A stretch of DNA of 64,000 nucleotides from Alphaproteobacteria bacterium (GTDB lineage: Bacteria; Pseudomonadota; Alphaproteobacteria; SHVV01). A model generated the notes under the pieces. That model searched no databases. It saw nothing but the letters and a program-made list of their open reading frames with translations, and was not told where the DNA came from. Positions 1-10,921 of the stretch are shown piece after piece. Each line of letters begins with the position of its first letter. Positions within the stretch are counted from its first letter, which is position 1. Made by a program: the position numbers and the translations under genes. The stretch is taken from NCBI GenBank assembly GCA_965261735.1, contig OZ253470.1, positions 480,001 through 544,000 on the forward strand, given 5' to 3'.

Positions 1-403
1 GATGAAGGGGAGCGTCGACCGGCAGCACGGCGCAGGAGAAGGCCGACAACGGCAGTCCCCGCGCCCAGTTGTCCGACCCGTCCACCGGATCGAGGACGAG
101 ACGGTGTCGAGGCGTGCCGGAACCGATTTTCTGACGCCCGCCCTCTTCGGAATCGACGACGACGGGCCGCTGGAATTCCCTCAAGACGCCTAGGGCCGCG
201 TCGTTGGCGGCCAAGTCGAACAGCTTGACCTCGTCGCTCTTCGCGTTCTTGGTTCCGGCGCTCGCGCGGCCGGTTTTCGCGACCGCCTTGCGCACCTGCA
301 CGTGGAGCATGAGCAGCCACGCCACCCAGGGCGAGTCCATAGTCGGAACGGCGTCTCCACCAGCCAGACCATTGCCGGCCGGTCGGCTGACAGACCTACT
401 CAC
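1..403 (-). CDS. Inositol monophosphatase/FBPase-family protein, runs off the window edge (not in ORF track)
   Basis: Manual translation from GTG at 403 (overlaps ino1 stop; alternative ATG at 340): ...KLFDLAAND...DSEEGG...VLDPVDGSDNWARGLP, the IMPase EE and DPxDG[TS]xN motifs. Confidence 0.8.
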   Translation of the reverse strand, partial: MSRSVSRPAGNGLAGGDAVPTMDSPWVAWLLMLHVQVRKAVAKTGRASAGTKNAKSDEVKLFDLAANDAALGVLREFQRPVVVDSEEGGRQKIGSGTPRHRLVLDPVDGSDNWARGLPLSAFSCAVLPVDAPLH

Positions 404-1532
404 CGACGCCCGTTTGAGAGGCCTGCTCACCAGCGACTCCTTCGGTATCACTCCCTTGAATAAACGCATCCGTTAATTCACAAGCCAGCGAATCACGCAT
501 CTGTTTGGGGGGACTCTTCATGTAATAGGCCGAGGCCGACTCCAAAGGACCACCGATGCCGCGCTCCAATCCCAGCTTGGCGCAACGGATGGCATCGATG
601 ACCACACCCGCGCTGTTAGGTGAATCCTGAACCGACAACCTGAGTTCGAGTTCCAGCGGCACGTCCCCGAAGCCCCGGCCTTCCATCCGGATGAAGGCGA
701 CCTTGTTGTCATCCTGCCACGGCACGTAATCGGAAGGTCCGATATGGATGTTCCTGGAATCCAGCCGTTCGTCCAGCTGCGACTGCACGGATTCCGTCTT
801 GGAAACCTTCTTGGACTTCAGGCGGTCGACGGCCTTCATGTTGAGAAAGTCCGTGTTGCCACCCGTGTTCAGCTGGTAGGTCCGGTCAAGGTGGACGCCC
901 CTGTCGCCAAACAGGCGCGTGAGGGCTCGGTGGACGATGGTGGCGCCAATCTGGCTTTTGATGTCGTCCCCGATAATGGGAAGGCCGGCGTCACGGAATT
1001 TCCTGGCCCAGCCGACATGGGAAGCAATAAACACCGGAACACAGTTGACCATGGCCACTCCGGCCGCCAAGCAAGCCCGGGCATAGTGCCGAACCGCCCC
1101 CTCCGAGCCGACCGGCATGTAGCAGACCAGCACTTCGGCGTTGGCGTCCTTGAGGGTTCGGACGACATCGACTGGCTCTTCGTCAGAGGGGCGGAAGGCC
1201 TCGTCATCGGGATAGCCGGCCATGTGAGGCGCCACACCGTCGAGAACCGGCCCCATCTGCACCGCGACGTTGGATACCGGCAGGGCGCTCTGGAAAACCC
1301 TGGCGCAGTTGGGTTTGACGAAAATCGCTTCTTCCAACCGCTTGCCCACCTTGCGGCGGTCGATATCAAAGGCGGCCACGACCTCGATGTCGCTCGGCCC
1401 CCAATCACCGATCCGGGCATGCATGAGGCCGACAAACGCTCTCTCGTTCCGTCCCTTGTAGTATTCCAGTCCCTGGACAAGGGAACTCGCGCAGTTGCCG
1501 ACACCGGCGATAGCCACTCTGATTCGTTTCAT
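396..1532 (-). CDS. ino1: myo-inositol-1-phosphate (inositol-3-phosphate) synthase
   Basis: MKRIRVAIAGVGNCASSLVQG, GDDIKSQIGAT, QLNTGGNTDFLN, DSPNSAGV; ATG at 1532 with GGAGG upstream. Confidence 0.92.
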   Translation of the reverse strand: MKRIRVAIAGVGNCASSLVQGLEYYKGRNERAFVGLMHARIGDWGPSDIEVVAAFDIDRRKVGKRLEEAIFVKPNCARVFQSALPVSNVAVQMGPVLDGVAPHMAGYPDDEAFRPSDEEPVDVVRTLKDANAEVLVCYMPVGSEGAVRHYARACLAAGVAMVNCVPVFIASHVGWARKFRDAGLPIIGDDIKSQIGATIVHRALTRLFGDRGVHLDRTYQLNTGGNTDFLNMKAVDRLKSKKVSKTESVQSQLDERLDSRNIHIGPSDYVPWQDDNKVAFIRMEGRGFGDVPLELELRLSVQDSPNSAGVVIDAIRCAKLGLERGIGGPLESASAYYMKSPPKQMRDSLACELTDAFIQGSDTEGVAGEQASQTGVGE

Positions 1533-2074
1533 GCAAAACCCTCCCTGATATTGTTGTCCCAAAAACTCAACAGCCTCCCTTCGAGCGGCCGGCACGGATA
1601 CGCAACGGCCTACCCCAGCTCGCGCAACTGCGTAACCGCGGTTTTCTCGAAAACGCAACCGGTATTGCTCAAACGCGGGGTAAACCAGTCTTGAGATTGC
1701 CTTCCCCGACGATTCCTTCAGCGGCCGGAACCCGCAGAGGAGGGCCGACTCGACCTGCGCGCCAAAACATGAGGCCCGCTCGGTCAATGGTGCTCGAAAA
1801 CCGTTGCGACAAGGGGAGTTAAGATGCCCCTAGCGGAAGCAACCTACCCTTTCTTCCGTGAAACGGCAAGAACCCAAGGCAAGCGTCTTGTCCAAAAACC
1901 ACGCGAAGATCCGAGCATTAGCTCTCATGTTCGCGGTCAAGGTCGGCGCGCGCTTCGGGCGCGAAGAAATAGCCGGCGAGCCGGTGGCCCTCATAGGCGA
2001 TGCTTACTGGCTCGTGGGGGTGGCGCGATGCGGTGAGCCCGCGTTCGAAACAGGCGATGGCCTAACAATATAGA

Positions 2075-2250
2075 GAAAGCTTGTGCGCATCCGTTGCCGG
2101 CAGCACGCTCTCGGCCGTGCGGTAGTAGGTGAAGGCGCGGAAAAAGGCGTCGCTCGCGGTCGCTTCGTGGCCCTCGACGTGGGCGCCTTCGGCCACCGCC
2201 CGCGCGGATGTCGGTGGCCCCCGCCAGCAGTTCGTTGAGGTCGGCGCTCT
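2075..2250 (-). pseudogene. Fragment of an alpha/beta-hydrolase N-terminal region
   Basis: ADLNELLAGATDIRAG, then after a frameshift GHEATASDAFFRAFTYYRTAE, resembling the GH..SA...YLRA.NYYRTAE segment; ends approximate. Confidence 0.35.
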
Positions 2251-2338
2251 GAGCCGGCTCCGGTCAGCGGGCTTCGCCATTCGTCTGGAATTGACGGTGG
2301 GACGGAAGGCCTATCGGCTCGCACCGGCCGAGGCGTAA
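2244..2338 (+). pseudogene. Probable DUF3489 C-terminal remnant
   Basis: ALSRLRSAGFAIRLELTVGRKAYRL*, located directly upstream of DUF2924 where DUF3489 usually sits. Confidence 0.35.
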
Positions 2339-2341
2339 GCC

Positions 2342-2899
2342 ATGTCAGTTACGGAAATCCACACTATAGAAAGCCCGACGCACATAGAAAGCCCGACGCG
2401 CGCAGACGGCGCGCCAAGTGACGCGGGCTCCGAAGACGCAGTGTCTGCCAGGCTTCGGGCTCTCGAGGGTATGACCTACGACGGATTGCGCGTCGAATGG
2501 CGGCGGCTTTACCGCGCCCATCCGCCGAAGCGGGTGGCGCGCGATCTGCTCGTGCTTGGTGTCGCCTGGAAGATTCAGGAGCAGGCCTATGGCGGCCTTG
2601 GCGCAGCCACCAAGCGGCGCCTCGCCGATCTGGCGAAGACCATGGAACAGGACGGCGACCTCGCCCGGAGTCGTGTTGCACGGCTGAAACCCGGGGCGAG
2701 GCTGGTGCGTGAATGGCGCGGCCAAACCCACACGGTGATCGTTCTCGAAGACGGGTTCGAATGGCAGGGCAAACGATGGCGATCGCTGTCGGTGATCGCC
2801 CGCGAGATCACCGACGCTCACTGGTCCGGCCCGCGCTTTTTTGGTCTGAACGGGAAAGCGGAGGCAGGCGTCGCGATCGGGGAGGCGGGCGATGCGTAA
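2342..2899 (+). CDS. DUF2924 domain protein
   Basis: AWKIQEQAYGGL, PGARLVREWRG, SLSVIAREIT..HWSGPRFFGL; overlaps recombinase start. Confidence 0.85.
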   Translation: MSVTEIHTIESPTHIESPTRADGAPSDAGSEDAVSARLRALEGMTYDGLRVEWRRLYRAHPPKRVARDLLVLGVAWKIQEQAYGGLGAATKRRLADLAKTMEQDGDLARSRVARLKPGARLVREWRGQTHTVIVLEDGFEWQGKRWRSLSVIAREITDAHWSGPRFFGLNGKAEAGVAIGEAGDA

Positions 2900-4637
2900 A
2901 TCCACGACTCGCAAGGGGACGAACGGCAAAGCATTAATCCGCTGCGCCATCTACACTCGGAAATCATCGGAGGACGGCCTCGAGCAGGACTTCAACTCGC
3001 TCGATGCCCAGCGGGAATCCTGCGAAGCCTTTATCCTCAGTCAGAAGCATGAGGGCTGGACCGCGCTGCCCGAGATGTACGATGACGGCGGCCTCTCCGG
3101 CGGCACCCTTGAGAGACCCGCCCTGAAACGGATTCTTGCGGATATCGAGGCCCACCGGATCGACACTGTGGTCGTCTACAAGGTGGATCGACTGACACGC
3201 TCGCTCGGTGACTTCGCCAAGATCGTGGAAATCTTCGACAAGCGGAACGTGTCCTTCGTCTCGGTGACCCAGCAGTTTAACACCACGACATCGATGGGGA
3301 GGTTGACCCTCAACATGCTGCTCTCCTTCGCCCAGTTCGAGCGCGAGGTCACCGGCGAACGCATCCGCGACAAGATCGCGGCTTCGAAGAAGAAGGGCAT
3401 GTGGATGGGCGGCAACGTGCCCCTCGGCTATGTGGTGAAGGACCGGAAACTTCTGATCGACGAGGCGGAGGCCAAGACGGTCCGACATATCTACCGGCGA
3501 TACGCCACGCTCGGCTCGGTCTGGACCCTCAAGGAGGAGCTTGACCGCGATGGCGTGGTCAGCAAAGTGCGGGTCGACAGGTACGGGCGTGCGACCGGCG
3601 GAAACCCGCTTGCCCGTGGTGCGCTCTATACGATGCTGCAGAACCGCATCTACCGTGGCCGGATCGTCCACAAGGACAAGCACTATCCGGGCGAGCATGA
3701 GGCGATCGTCGACGAGGCGCTCTGGGACGAGGTGCAGCGGCAACTAGCGGCCAACCAAATCGACCGCGCGACCGGCACTCATGCCGCGGAGCCGAGCCTT
3801 CTAGCGGGGTTGATTTACGACGACAGCGGCCAGCGCATGACGCCGAGCCACGCCAACAAGAAGGGGACGCGCTACCGCTATTACGTGTCGCAAGCCCTGG
3901 TCAGCGGAACCCGGCGTTCCGCGCCGAGAGCTCGACGGGTCCCGGCAGGTGATGTCGAGCGGTTGGTACAAGAACGGCTTACGGTCTTCTTAAAAAGCCA
4001 GGGTGAAATCTTCGACGCTGTCGAACCGCTTTTTGATGATGTGAACAGAAGGCAGGAGGTTGTCGACCTGGCCGCCGACCTTGCCGCCCGCTGGCCGGAC
4101 CTGGAGCCGGCGACGAAACGCCAGATATTCGAACGTCTCGTCAGTCGGATCAACCTTACGCAGGAAACACTTGAAATCCGGATTGCACCGAGCCGGTTGC
4201 TGGAGATTCTTTGGGAAGAGGACAACCCAAAAACCTTTGAGCCAGCTTTGTGGGACAACGAGCTGACCGTAACCTTCACGGTTCCGGCGCATCTCAAGCG
4301 CGCCGGAATGGAGACCAGGCTTCTGATCGAAGGCGCGGACGGCAGCGCACGAAAATCCCCGGATCGCAGTCTGCTCAGACTTTTGAGCCAGGCGCAGCGC
4401 TTCCACGAAATGGTGCTGCACAACCGGGGCAGGACGATGACGGAGCTTGCCATCGAGGCGGGCGTCGGGGGGTCCTACTTCACCCGGATCCTGCGGCTCA
4501 GCTTCCTCGCGCCGGAGGTCGTGAAGACCATCCTCCGGGACCGCCATCCGCTCGAGCTGACCGCCAAAAAGCTTGCAGGCGACACGCGCCTGCCAATCGC
4601 ATGGGAAGAACAGCGCGCCCGGTTCGGGATCGCCTGA
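2892..4637 (+). CDS. Large serine recombinase (resolvase + recombinase domains)
   Basis: CAIYTRKSS, YDDGGLSGG, VVYKVDRLTRS, SFAQFERE, GMWMGGNVPLGY. Confidence 0.92.
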   Translation: MRKSTTRKGTNGKALIRCAIYTRKSSEDGLEQDFNSLDAQRESCEAFILSQKHEGWTALPEMYDDGGLSGGTLERPALKRILADIEAHRIDTVVVYKVDRLTRSLGDFAKIVEIFDKRNVSFVSVTQQFNTTTSMGRLTLNMLLSFAQFEREVTGERIRDKIAASKKKGMWMGGNVPLGYVVKDRKLLIDEAEAKTVRHIYRRYATLGSVWTLKEELDRDGVVSKVRVDRYGRATGGNPLARGALYTMLQNRIYRGRIVHKDKHYPGEHEAIVDEALWDEVQRQLAANQIDRATGTHAAEPSLLAGLIYDDSGQRMTPSHANKKGTRYRYYVSQALVSGTRRSAPRARRVPAGDVERLVQERLTVFLKSQGEIFDAVEPLFDDVNRRQEVVDLAADLAARWPDLEPATKRQIFERLVSRINLTQETLEIRIAPSRLLEILWEEDNPKTFEPALWDNELTVTFTVPAHLKRAGMETRLLIEGADGSARKSPDRSLLRLLSQAQRFHEMVLHNRGRTMTELAIEAGVGGSYFTRILRLSFLAPEVVKTILRDRHPLELTAKKLAGDTRLPIAWEEQRARFGIA

Positions 4638-4937
4638 GCCAGGGTATCGGTTGCTGCCTGACCGCGGCCCCTCGTTGACCAGGCGCGGGGCGGCATGTTT
4701 TCCCGTGTGAATCCGACCCACATTCCGGCCGACGGTGTCTCGCCAACGCCTGTTTAGCCGTACCACCAAAACCAGCGTAAGAGATTATTGCGATATCAGC
4801 TACCCGTTGGCCGGACCTGACCGGTCTCATTAAGCCACGACGGAAAGGCGTATCGGGCGTAAGCCCCGGAAGTTTCGGGACAAGTTCGAATCCACCCCGA
4901 GTCCTGAAAAAAACATTCTATAACAATGACTTAAGTG

Positions 4938-5030
4938 TGGCGGAGGGAGAGGGATTCGAACCCTCGATACAGCTGTTAACCGTATAACGGTTTAGCAAAC
5001 CGCCGCCTTCGACCACTCGGCCATCCCTCC
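4938..5030 (-). tRNA. tRNA-Ser(GCT)
   Basis: Reverse complement GGAGGGATGGCCGAGTGGTCGAAGGCGGCGGTTTGCTAAACCG...GGTTCGAATCCCTCTCCCTCCGCCA; long variable arm, encoded CCA. Confidence 0.96.
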
Positions 5031-5279
5031 ATACGCCCGTAGACTGCGGGTTTCGGCGGGTTTTTGTAAGAGAACAATGGATGAACGGGGAACATTGCCC
5101 GGGATTTCGGCTTGATTCCCCGCTCGGCACCGCCGAGTCGCCAAGTCTCGGCAAGTCCCATGGCTGCCGATTGTGACTGGCGCACGATCTCCACGGTAAA
5201 GGGCACCCGCTTGCTCCCAATTCACGGGTCGGTGTGTCGCCCGTCACTTTGGCCTGCGCAGCGGCTTCCTACATTCAGG

Positions 5280-5343
5280 CTTGCCTATCCGGTTTACACC
5301 CACATCCACTAGGGCTAGAATGGGCGCAAACCGGATAGGCAAG
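5280..5343 (+). mobile_element. 64-bp MITE-like derivative of the resident IS1595-family element
   Basis: First ~50 bp match the IS left end (one mismatch vs 13085 copy), joined to the right IR AACCGGATAGGCAAG; no TSD. Confidence 0.85.
5293..5321 (+). promoter_or_regulatory. sigma70-type promoter inside the mini-IS
   Basis: TTTACA(5293-5298)-17 bp-TAGAAT(5316-5321). Confidence 0.6.
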
Positions 5344-5377
5344 GATTGGAGATCCGACCCTATGTTGGAGGTTAGCC

Positions 5378-5668
5378 ATGATCCGCAAACTGACCATCAT
5401 ACTCGCTTTCCTGACGCTCTCGGCCCCGGCCATGGCCCAGTCCATGTGCAACGAGCGAGGCAGCTTCGTTAAGCACCTGTCCAGCAAGTACGCCGAGGCT
5501 CCCGTCGCCATGGGGCTTTCCGCAGAGGGCAGCGTTCTCGAGGTGTTGGCTTCGCAGGACGGCACGTGGACCATCATCGTCACGCGCCCGAGCGGTGTCT
5601 CCTGCGTGGTCGCCTACGGCGAATCCTGGGAGGCGGTGCCGATCCTGGCGAGCCGGCCCGGCGTATGA
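5378..5668 (+). CDS. Small secreted hypothetical protein (signal peptide, two Cys)
   Basis: GGAGG RBS; MIRKLTIILAFLTLSAPAMA signal; C..R ... GTWTII...GVSCVVAYGESW. Confidence 0.75.
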   Translation: MIRKLTIILAFLTLSAPAMAQSMCNERGSFVKHLSSKYAEAPVAMGLSAEGSVLEVLASQDGTWTIIVTRPSGVSCVVAYGESWEAVPILASRPGV

Positions 5669-5914
5669 GGGCACGGATCCAACCACTGCGTTAGCGCAGG
5701 TCCGAGCAAGAACTCGGATCTGCGACAGTGACCGGGCGCCGGCACTAGGTGGCCCGAGGCCTCGGCGGGACCCGACGAACATCCGCTGGCCCGCCTCCTC
5801 CATCCCCTCCCGACACACGCCATCTTCAAGAAGTCGTCGCGCGGTCCGGCGGGTCACCGTGCCTTGATGGTTTAGCCGGTGACCGGCCAACCTGGTGCCC
5901 CACCAGGTGCCGCC

Positions 5915-6292
5915 TCAGGCGGCGTTCTCCAAGGGCGATCCCGCCGACCGCTCGCGGCTCACCGACTCCCACTCGCGGGCCAGCCGCTGCGCCTCGCCGA
6001 TCTCCTCGCGGGTCATGTCGAGCGCGATCTCGGCGCGACTTGCGCGCGCCTTGGCGCAGCCTTGTAGGGCCGCCAGGTTGAACCACTTGTGAGCGAGCAC
6101 GTAGTCCGGGTGCCCCTTGACCCCGGTGGCGTAGACCAGCCCGAGCCGGTACTGGGCGTCGGCCGCTCCTTGCTCGGCAGCCTGCTCATAGCGCCGGAGC
6201 GTACTGCCGTCCGACGAGCGACCCAGTTGCGACATCTGAGGACCGCGGGTGACCATTCTGGCCTCTCTCGCCTCGAAGAGCTGCGCCAGCAC
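5915..6292 (-). CDS. SEL1-like repeat protein
   Basis: AAEQGAADAQYRLGLVYATG...DYVLAHKWFNLAALQG; true start may be ATG ~6256. Confidence 0.8.
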   Translation of the reverse strand: MLAQLFEAREARMVTRGPQMSQLGRSSDGSTLRRYEQAAEQGAADAQYRLGLVYATGVKGHPDYVLAHKWFNLAALQGCAKARASRAEIALDMTREEIGEAQRLAREWESVSRERSAGSPLENAA

Positions 6293-6346
6293 AGTCTGTG
6301 GTGTTCACCTTAAGAATCGGTGTAGGCAGCGCTGCCGCGAGGGCGG

Positions 6347-7039
6347 TTAGCGCCGCTGATACTGCGTCTTGCCGAAGAGGGCCTCGCGGGAATCCTCATC
6401 GATCGGTCCGGCGCGGACCTCCTGCGCGAGGACCTGAAGCGCGCGTTGCACGGCGGGGCGCTCGTTGATGGCGTCGAACCAGCGCGCCACGTTGGGATAG
6501 TCGGCGCGGTCGACGCCGTGGCGATCAGGGCTTCTGAGCCATGGAAAGTTCGCGATGTCCGCGATCGAGTAATCGCCGGCCAGATACTCCGTTTCGGCGA
6601 GCCGGCGGTCGAGGACCGCGTAAAGGCGGTTGGCTTCGTTGGTGTAGCGATCGATCGCGTAGGGGAGCTTTTCGGGTGCGTATTGGCGGAAGTGATGCGC
6701 TTGCCCCAGCATCGGCCCGACGTTACCCATCTGAAACATCACCCATTGGATGACCTCGTAGCGCGGCGCGGGATCGCGCGGCAGGAACTGGTCGGTCTTG
6801 TCGGCGAGGTAGATGAGGATGGCCCCCGATTCGAAGAGCGACAGCAGCCGGCCGCCCGGGCCGTCGTGGTCGATGATTGCCGGGATTCGGTTGTTGGGGC
6901 TGATCTTCAGGAATTGGGGCTCGAACTGCTCGCCCTTGCCGATGTCGACCCCGTGGACCGTGTAGGGAAGGTCGCACTCCTCCAGCATGATATGGACCTT
7001 GTGCCCGTTGGGTGTAGGCCACGTGTAGACGTCGATCAT
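6347..7039 (-). CDS. Glutathione S-transferase (YfcG/YghU-like)
   Basis: [40 protein letters not shown]. Confidence 0.9.
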   Translation of the reverse strand: MIDVYTWPTPNGHKVHIMLEECDLPYTVHGVDIGKGEQFEPQFLKISPNNRIPAIIDHDGPGGRLLSLFESGAILIYLADKTDQFLPRDPAPRYEVIQWVMFQMGNVGPMLGQAHHFRQYAPEKLPYAIDRYTNEANRLYAVLDRRLAETEYLAGDYSIADIANFPWLRSPDRHGVDRADYPNVARWFDAINERPAVQRALQVLAQEVRAGPIDEDSREALFGKTQYQRR

Positions 7040-7878
7040 GGTTTTCTTTCCGGCCGCGCGTGGGCCTCGGTTGCGAGGGACGCGGCCAGCGACCTCAGGT
7101 AGGTGATGCCCCGAATCGCGCGACTGCCATACCACGACACCATCTCGCCGTCGATGGCCACGAGCCGCACCCCGGCGCAGTCGTGCTCGGCGCGAAACGC
7201 CTCGATGTCGGGCGCTGCGAAGGCAAACGGCTCGCTGCTGAACAGGACCATGGAAGTGCGCGCGAGGAGTTCTCGCGTGATATCGATCGGGGGGTAGCGC
7301 ACGGAAGCGATCGCCGGCTCGGTGTCCCAGCGCGCCAGCGCGAGCGTGCGCGAGACATAGGTATCGCGCGAGACCGTCATCCACGGATCGCGCCATATCA
7401 GATACAGCACCCTTTGCCGTGGCCACCGGCCGGCCGCAGCTTCGAGTTCGTCGAGCGCGCGGCCGAAATCGCGGCACAATCCTTCGGCCTGCTCGGCGCG
7501 CCCGAAGATGCCACCGAGCAGGCGATAGAGGCCCAGATTGTCGCGCGGGCCCAGCGGGTGGGTCACGATGACGTGGGGCACGCAAGCCGCGATCGCGGCC
7601 GCCATGTCGGTGGTGTTCTCGTCGATATTGAGGATGACGTGCGTCGGCCGCAGCGCCTTGAGGCGGCCGAGCCGGATCTTCTTGGTACCGCCAACGCTGG
7701 GCACGGGTTTCGCGGCGTCCGGATGGACGCAGAAATGGGTGCGCCCGACGACCTGCGTCCCCAAGCCGAGATCGAACAGCAGCTCGGTGAGGCTCGGCAC
7801 CAACGACACGATGCGCGCCTCGGGACCAGCGGGAGCGTGCAGGGTGCCGGCGGCATCGATCAGGTCGGGCTCGCTCAT
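7036..7878 (-). CDS. Helical-backbone metal receptor (BtuF-like)
   Basis: [46 protein letters not shown]. Confidence 0.8.
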   Translation of the reverse strand: MSEPDLIDAAGTLHAPAGPEARIVSLVPSLTELLFDLGLGTQVVGRTHFCVHPDAAKPVPSVGGTKKIRLGRLKALRPTHVILNIDENTTDMAAAIAACVPHVIVTHPLGPRDNLGLYRLLGGIFGRAEQAEGLCRDFGRALDELEAAAGRWPRQRVLYLIWRDPWMTVSRDTYVSRTLALARWDTEPAIASVRYPPIDITRELLARTSMVLFSSEPFAFAAPDIEAFRAEHDCAGVRLVAIDGEMVSWYGSRAIRGITYLRSLAASLATEAHARPERKP

Positions 7879-7957
7879 GAGGCGCCAGTCCCGCGTTCAG
7901 GGCGCCCGGCGTCCAATGACATGGCGACGGCAGGCAGCCCGTGCCATCCGACCGGTG

Positions 7958-9427
7958 CTATCCGTCCAGCTTCTTGCGCAGCGCCTCGTTGACGAGCTGG
8001 GGGTTGGCCTTGCCCTGGCTCGCCTTCATCACCTGGCCGACGAAGAAGCCGAACAGCTTGTCCCTGCCGGCCCGGTACTCGGCGACCTTGTCGGCGTGCT
8101 GCGCTAGGACCGTATCGATCTGGGCCTCGATAGCGCCCGCGTCGGTGACCTGTCGCAGGCCCTTCTCGGCGACGATCTCGCCCGCCGCGCGGCCCGAGGC
8201 GGCCATCTCCTCGAATACGTCCTTGGCGATGCGCCGCGAAATCGTGCCATCGGCGATGAGGTCGAGGAGGCCGCCGAGCGATGTCGCCGACACCGGCGAG
8301 GCCGCGATATCGTCGCCCGTGCGGTTGAGGACGCCGAACAGATCGCCCGTCACCCAGTTGGCGACGAGCTTGGCGTCGCGCCCCACGGCCACCGCCTCGA
8401 AAAAGTCGGACACTTCCTTCTCCGCCACCAGCACGCCGGCGTCGTAGGCGGAGAGGCCGAGCTCGTCGATGTAGCGCGCCCTCCTCGCGTCGGGGAGTTC
8501 GGGCAGGCTTTCGCGGATACGCTCGATGTAGTCTGGCGTCAGCTCCAGGGGCAGCAGGTCGGGGTCGGGTAAGTAGCGGTAGTCGTGGGCCTCCTCCTTG
8601 CTGCGCATGGTCCGGGTTACGCCGCGCGCCGCATCGAACAGCCGCGTCTCCTGGGCGACGGTCCCGCCGTCCTCCAGGGCTTCGATCTGGCGCCGCGCCT
8701 CGTAGTCGACCGCCTGCTGGACGAAGCGGAGGGAATTGAGGTTCTTGGTCTCGGTGCGGGTGCCGTACGCGGCCCCCGGGCGGCGCACCGAGACGTTCAC
8801 GTCGGCGCGCAGGTTGCCCTCCTCCATGTTGCCGTCGCAGGTGCCGAGATAGCGCACGATGGCGCGCAGCTTGCGTACATAAGCGGCGGCCTCCTCGGCC
8901 GAGCGCAGGTCGGGCTCGGACACGATCTCCATGAGCGCAACGCCGGCCCGGTTGAGGTCGACGAGCGTGGCGTCCGGGCGCTGGTCGTGCAAGCTCTTGC
9001 CGGCGTCCTGCTCGAGGTGCAGGCGGGTGATGCCGACCTCGCGCACGGCGCCGTCGGCGAAGTCAATCGTGACACGCCCCGCGCCGACGATGGGTTGGCT
9101 GTACTGCGAAATCTGATAGCCGGCCGGGAGGTCGGGGTAGAAGTAGTTCTTGCGGTCGAACACCGAGGTCAGGTTGATGGCGGCGTTCAACCCGAGGCCG
9201 GTGCGCACCGCCTGCTCGATACAGTGCTCGTTGATCACCGGCAGCGTGCCGGGCAGGGCCGCATCCACGGCCGAGACCTGCGAGTTGGGCACAGCACCGA
9301 ACGCGGTCGCCGCGCCCGAGAACAGCTTGGCCGAGGAGATGATCTGGGCATGGATCTCGATGCCGATCACCACCTCCCAGGCGCCACTCCCACCTTCAAT
9401 CAACGGTACGGGCGCCGACGCCGTCAT
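7958..9427 (-). CDS. gatB: Asp/Glu-tRNA amidotransferase subunit B
   Basis: [41 protein letters not shown]; ATG 9427 overlaps gatA stop. Confidence 0.96.
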   Translation of the reverse strand: MTASAPVPLIEGGSGAWEVVIGIEIHAQIISSAKLFSGAATAFGAVPNSQVSAVDAALPGTLPVINEHCIEQAVRTGLGLNAAINLTSVFDRKNYFYPDLPAGYQISQYSQPIVGAGRVTIDFADGAVREVGITRLHLEQDAGKSLHDQRPDATLVDLNRAGVALMEIVSEPDLRSAEEAAAYVRKLRAIVRYLGTCDGNMEEGNLRADVNVSVRRPGAAYGTRTETKNLNSLRFVQQAVDYEARRQIEALEDGGTVAQETRLFDAARGVTRTMRSKEEAHDYRYLPDPDLLPLELTPDYIERIRESLPELPDARRARYIDELGLSAYDAGVLVAEKEVSDFFEAVAVGRDAKLVANWVTGDLFGVLNRTGDDIAASPVSATSLGGLLDLIADGTISRRIAKDVFEEMAASGRAAGEIVAEKGLRQVTDAGAIEAQIDTVLAQHADKVAEYRAGRDKLFGFFVGQVMKASQGKANPQLVNEALRKKLDG

Positions 9428-10902
9428 GCCGCCCACCAGCGCTCTGGGGTCACCGTGAAGGCGGCCGCGCGCTCGAGCACGTCGGCGACCCGGAGCACCG
9501 TCTCCTCGTCGAACGGCCGCCCCAAGAGCTGCAGCCCGAGCGGCAGGCCCTCGCTCGAGAGCTCGGCCGGCACCGAGATGCCGGGCAGCCCCGCGAGGCT
9601 CGCCGGCACGGTGAGGACATCGTTCAGGTACATCGCGATGGGATCGTCCGACCTCTCGCCGAAGCCGAAGGCCGCAAACGGCGTAGTCGGCGTCAGGATG
9701 ACGTCGGCGCGCTCGAAGGCGTTCTCGAAGTCGCGCGCGATCAGGGTGCGCACCTTCTGCGCCTTCAGGTAATAGGCGTCGTAGTAGCCGGCCGAGAGCG
9801 CGTAGGTGCCTATCAGGATGCGGCGCCGGACCTCGCGCCCGAAGCCGGCGGCGCGCGTCTTGGCGTACATCTCGTCGAGGGTCGGCGCCGGCTCGCGCAG
9901 GCCGTAACGGACGCCGTCGTAGCGCGCCAGATTGGACGAGGCCTCCGCGGGCGCCAGGACGTGATAGGCCGGAAGCGCGTATTTCGTGTGCGGCAGCGAC
10001 ACCTCGACGGGCTCGGCGCCGGCGTCCCTGAGCCAGTCGATGCCGCGCTGCCACAGCGCCTCGATCTCGGGCGGCGTTCCCTCGAGGCGGTACTCCGGCG
10101 GGATACCCACCTTGAGCCCGCGCACGTCACCCCTAAGCGCCGCCTCGTAGTCGGGTACGGGGACGTCGACCGAGGTCGAATCCTGGGCATCGAAGCTCGC
10201 CATGGCGCCCAGCATGATCGCCGCATCACGTACGGTGCGCGTCACTGGGCCCGCCTGATCGAGGCTCGAGGCGAAAGCGACCATGCCCCAGCGCGAGCAG
10301 CGCCCGTAGGTCGGCTTGAGGCCGACGACGCCGCAGAACGCCGCCGGTTGGCGGATCGAGCCGCCGGTATCGGTGCCGGTCGCGGCGAGCGCGATGCGCG
10401 CCGCCACCGCGGCGGCCGGGCCCCCGGACGAGCCCCCCGGGACCATCGGCCGGTTATCGCCGGGGCGCCGCCAGGGGTTCTCGACCGGCCCGAAATGGCT
10501 GGTTTCGTTCGACGAGCCCATCGCGAACTCATCCATGTTGGACTTGCCGAGCATCACCGCGCCGGCGCGCCACAGGTTGGCGGTCACCGTCGATTCGTAG
10601 AACGGCGTGAAATCCTCGAGGATGTGCGAGGCCGCGGTGGTGCGGATGCCCTCGGTGCAGAACAGGTCCTTGACCGCGATCGGGATGCCGTCCATGGCGC
10701 CGGCCTCGCCGCGCCGACGGCGCGCATCCGAGGCGGCGGCATCGGCGCGCGCGCGCTCGGGCGTGGGCGTGATCATGGTATTCAGCGCCCGCGCCTCGTC
10801 GATGGCCGCGATATGGGCTTCGGTGAGCTCGCCGGCGCTGAATTCGCCCGCGGCGAGGCCCTCGCGGGCCTCCGCCATAGTGAGATCCGTGAGCGCGCTC
10901 AT
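9424..10902 (-). CDS. gatA: Asp/Glu-tRNA amidotransferase subunit A
   Basis: Amidase signature [28 protein letters not shown]. Confidence 0.96.
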   Translation of the reverse strand: MSALTDLTMAEAREGLAAGEFSAGELTEAHIAAIDEARALNTMITPTPERARADAAASDARRRRGEAGAMDGIPIAVKDLFCTEGIRTTAASHILEDFTPFYESTVTANLWRAGAVMLGKSNMDEFAMGSSNETSHFGPVENPWRRPGDNRPMVPGGSSGGPAAAVAARIALAATGTDTGGSIRQPAAFCGVVGLKPTYGRCSRWGMVAFASSLDQAGPVTRTVRDAAIMLGAMASFDAQDSTSVDVPVPDYEAALRGDVRGLKVGIPPEYRLEGTPPEIEALWQRGIDWLRDAGAEPVEVSLPHTKYALPAYHVLAPAEASSNLARYDGVRYGLREPAPTLDEMYAKTRAAGFGREVRRRILIGTYALSAGYYDAYYLKAQKVRTLIARDFENAFERADVILTPTTPFAAFGFGERSDDPIAMYLNDVLTVPASLAGLPGISVPAELSSEGLPLGLQLLGRPFDEETVLRVADVLERAAAFTVTPERWWAA

Positions 10903-10921
10903 CGGCTCGCGGCCTCCACGC

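Noticed and set aside
2366-2399. Tandem duplication ATAGAAAGCCCGACGC with 18-bp period
   Set aside because: Two in-frame copies in a low-complexity N-terminus; ordinary slippage.
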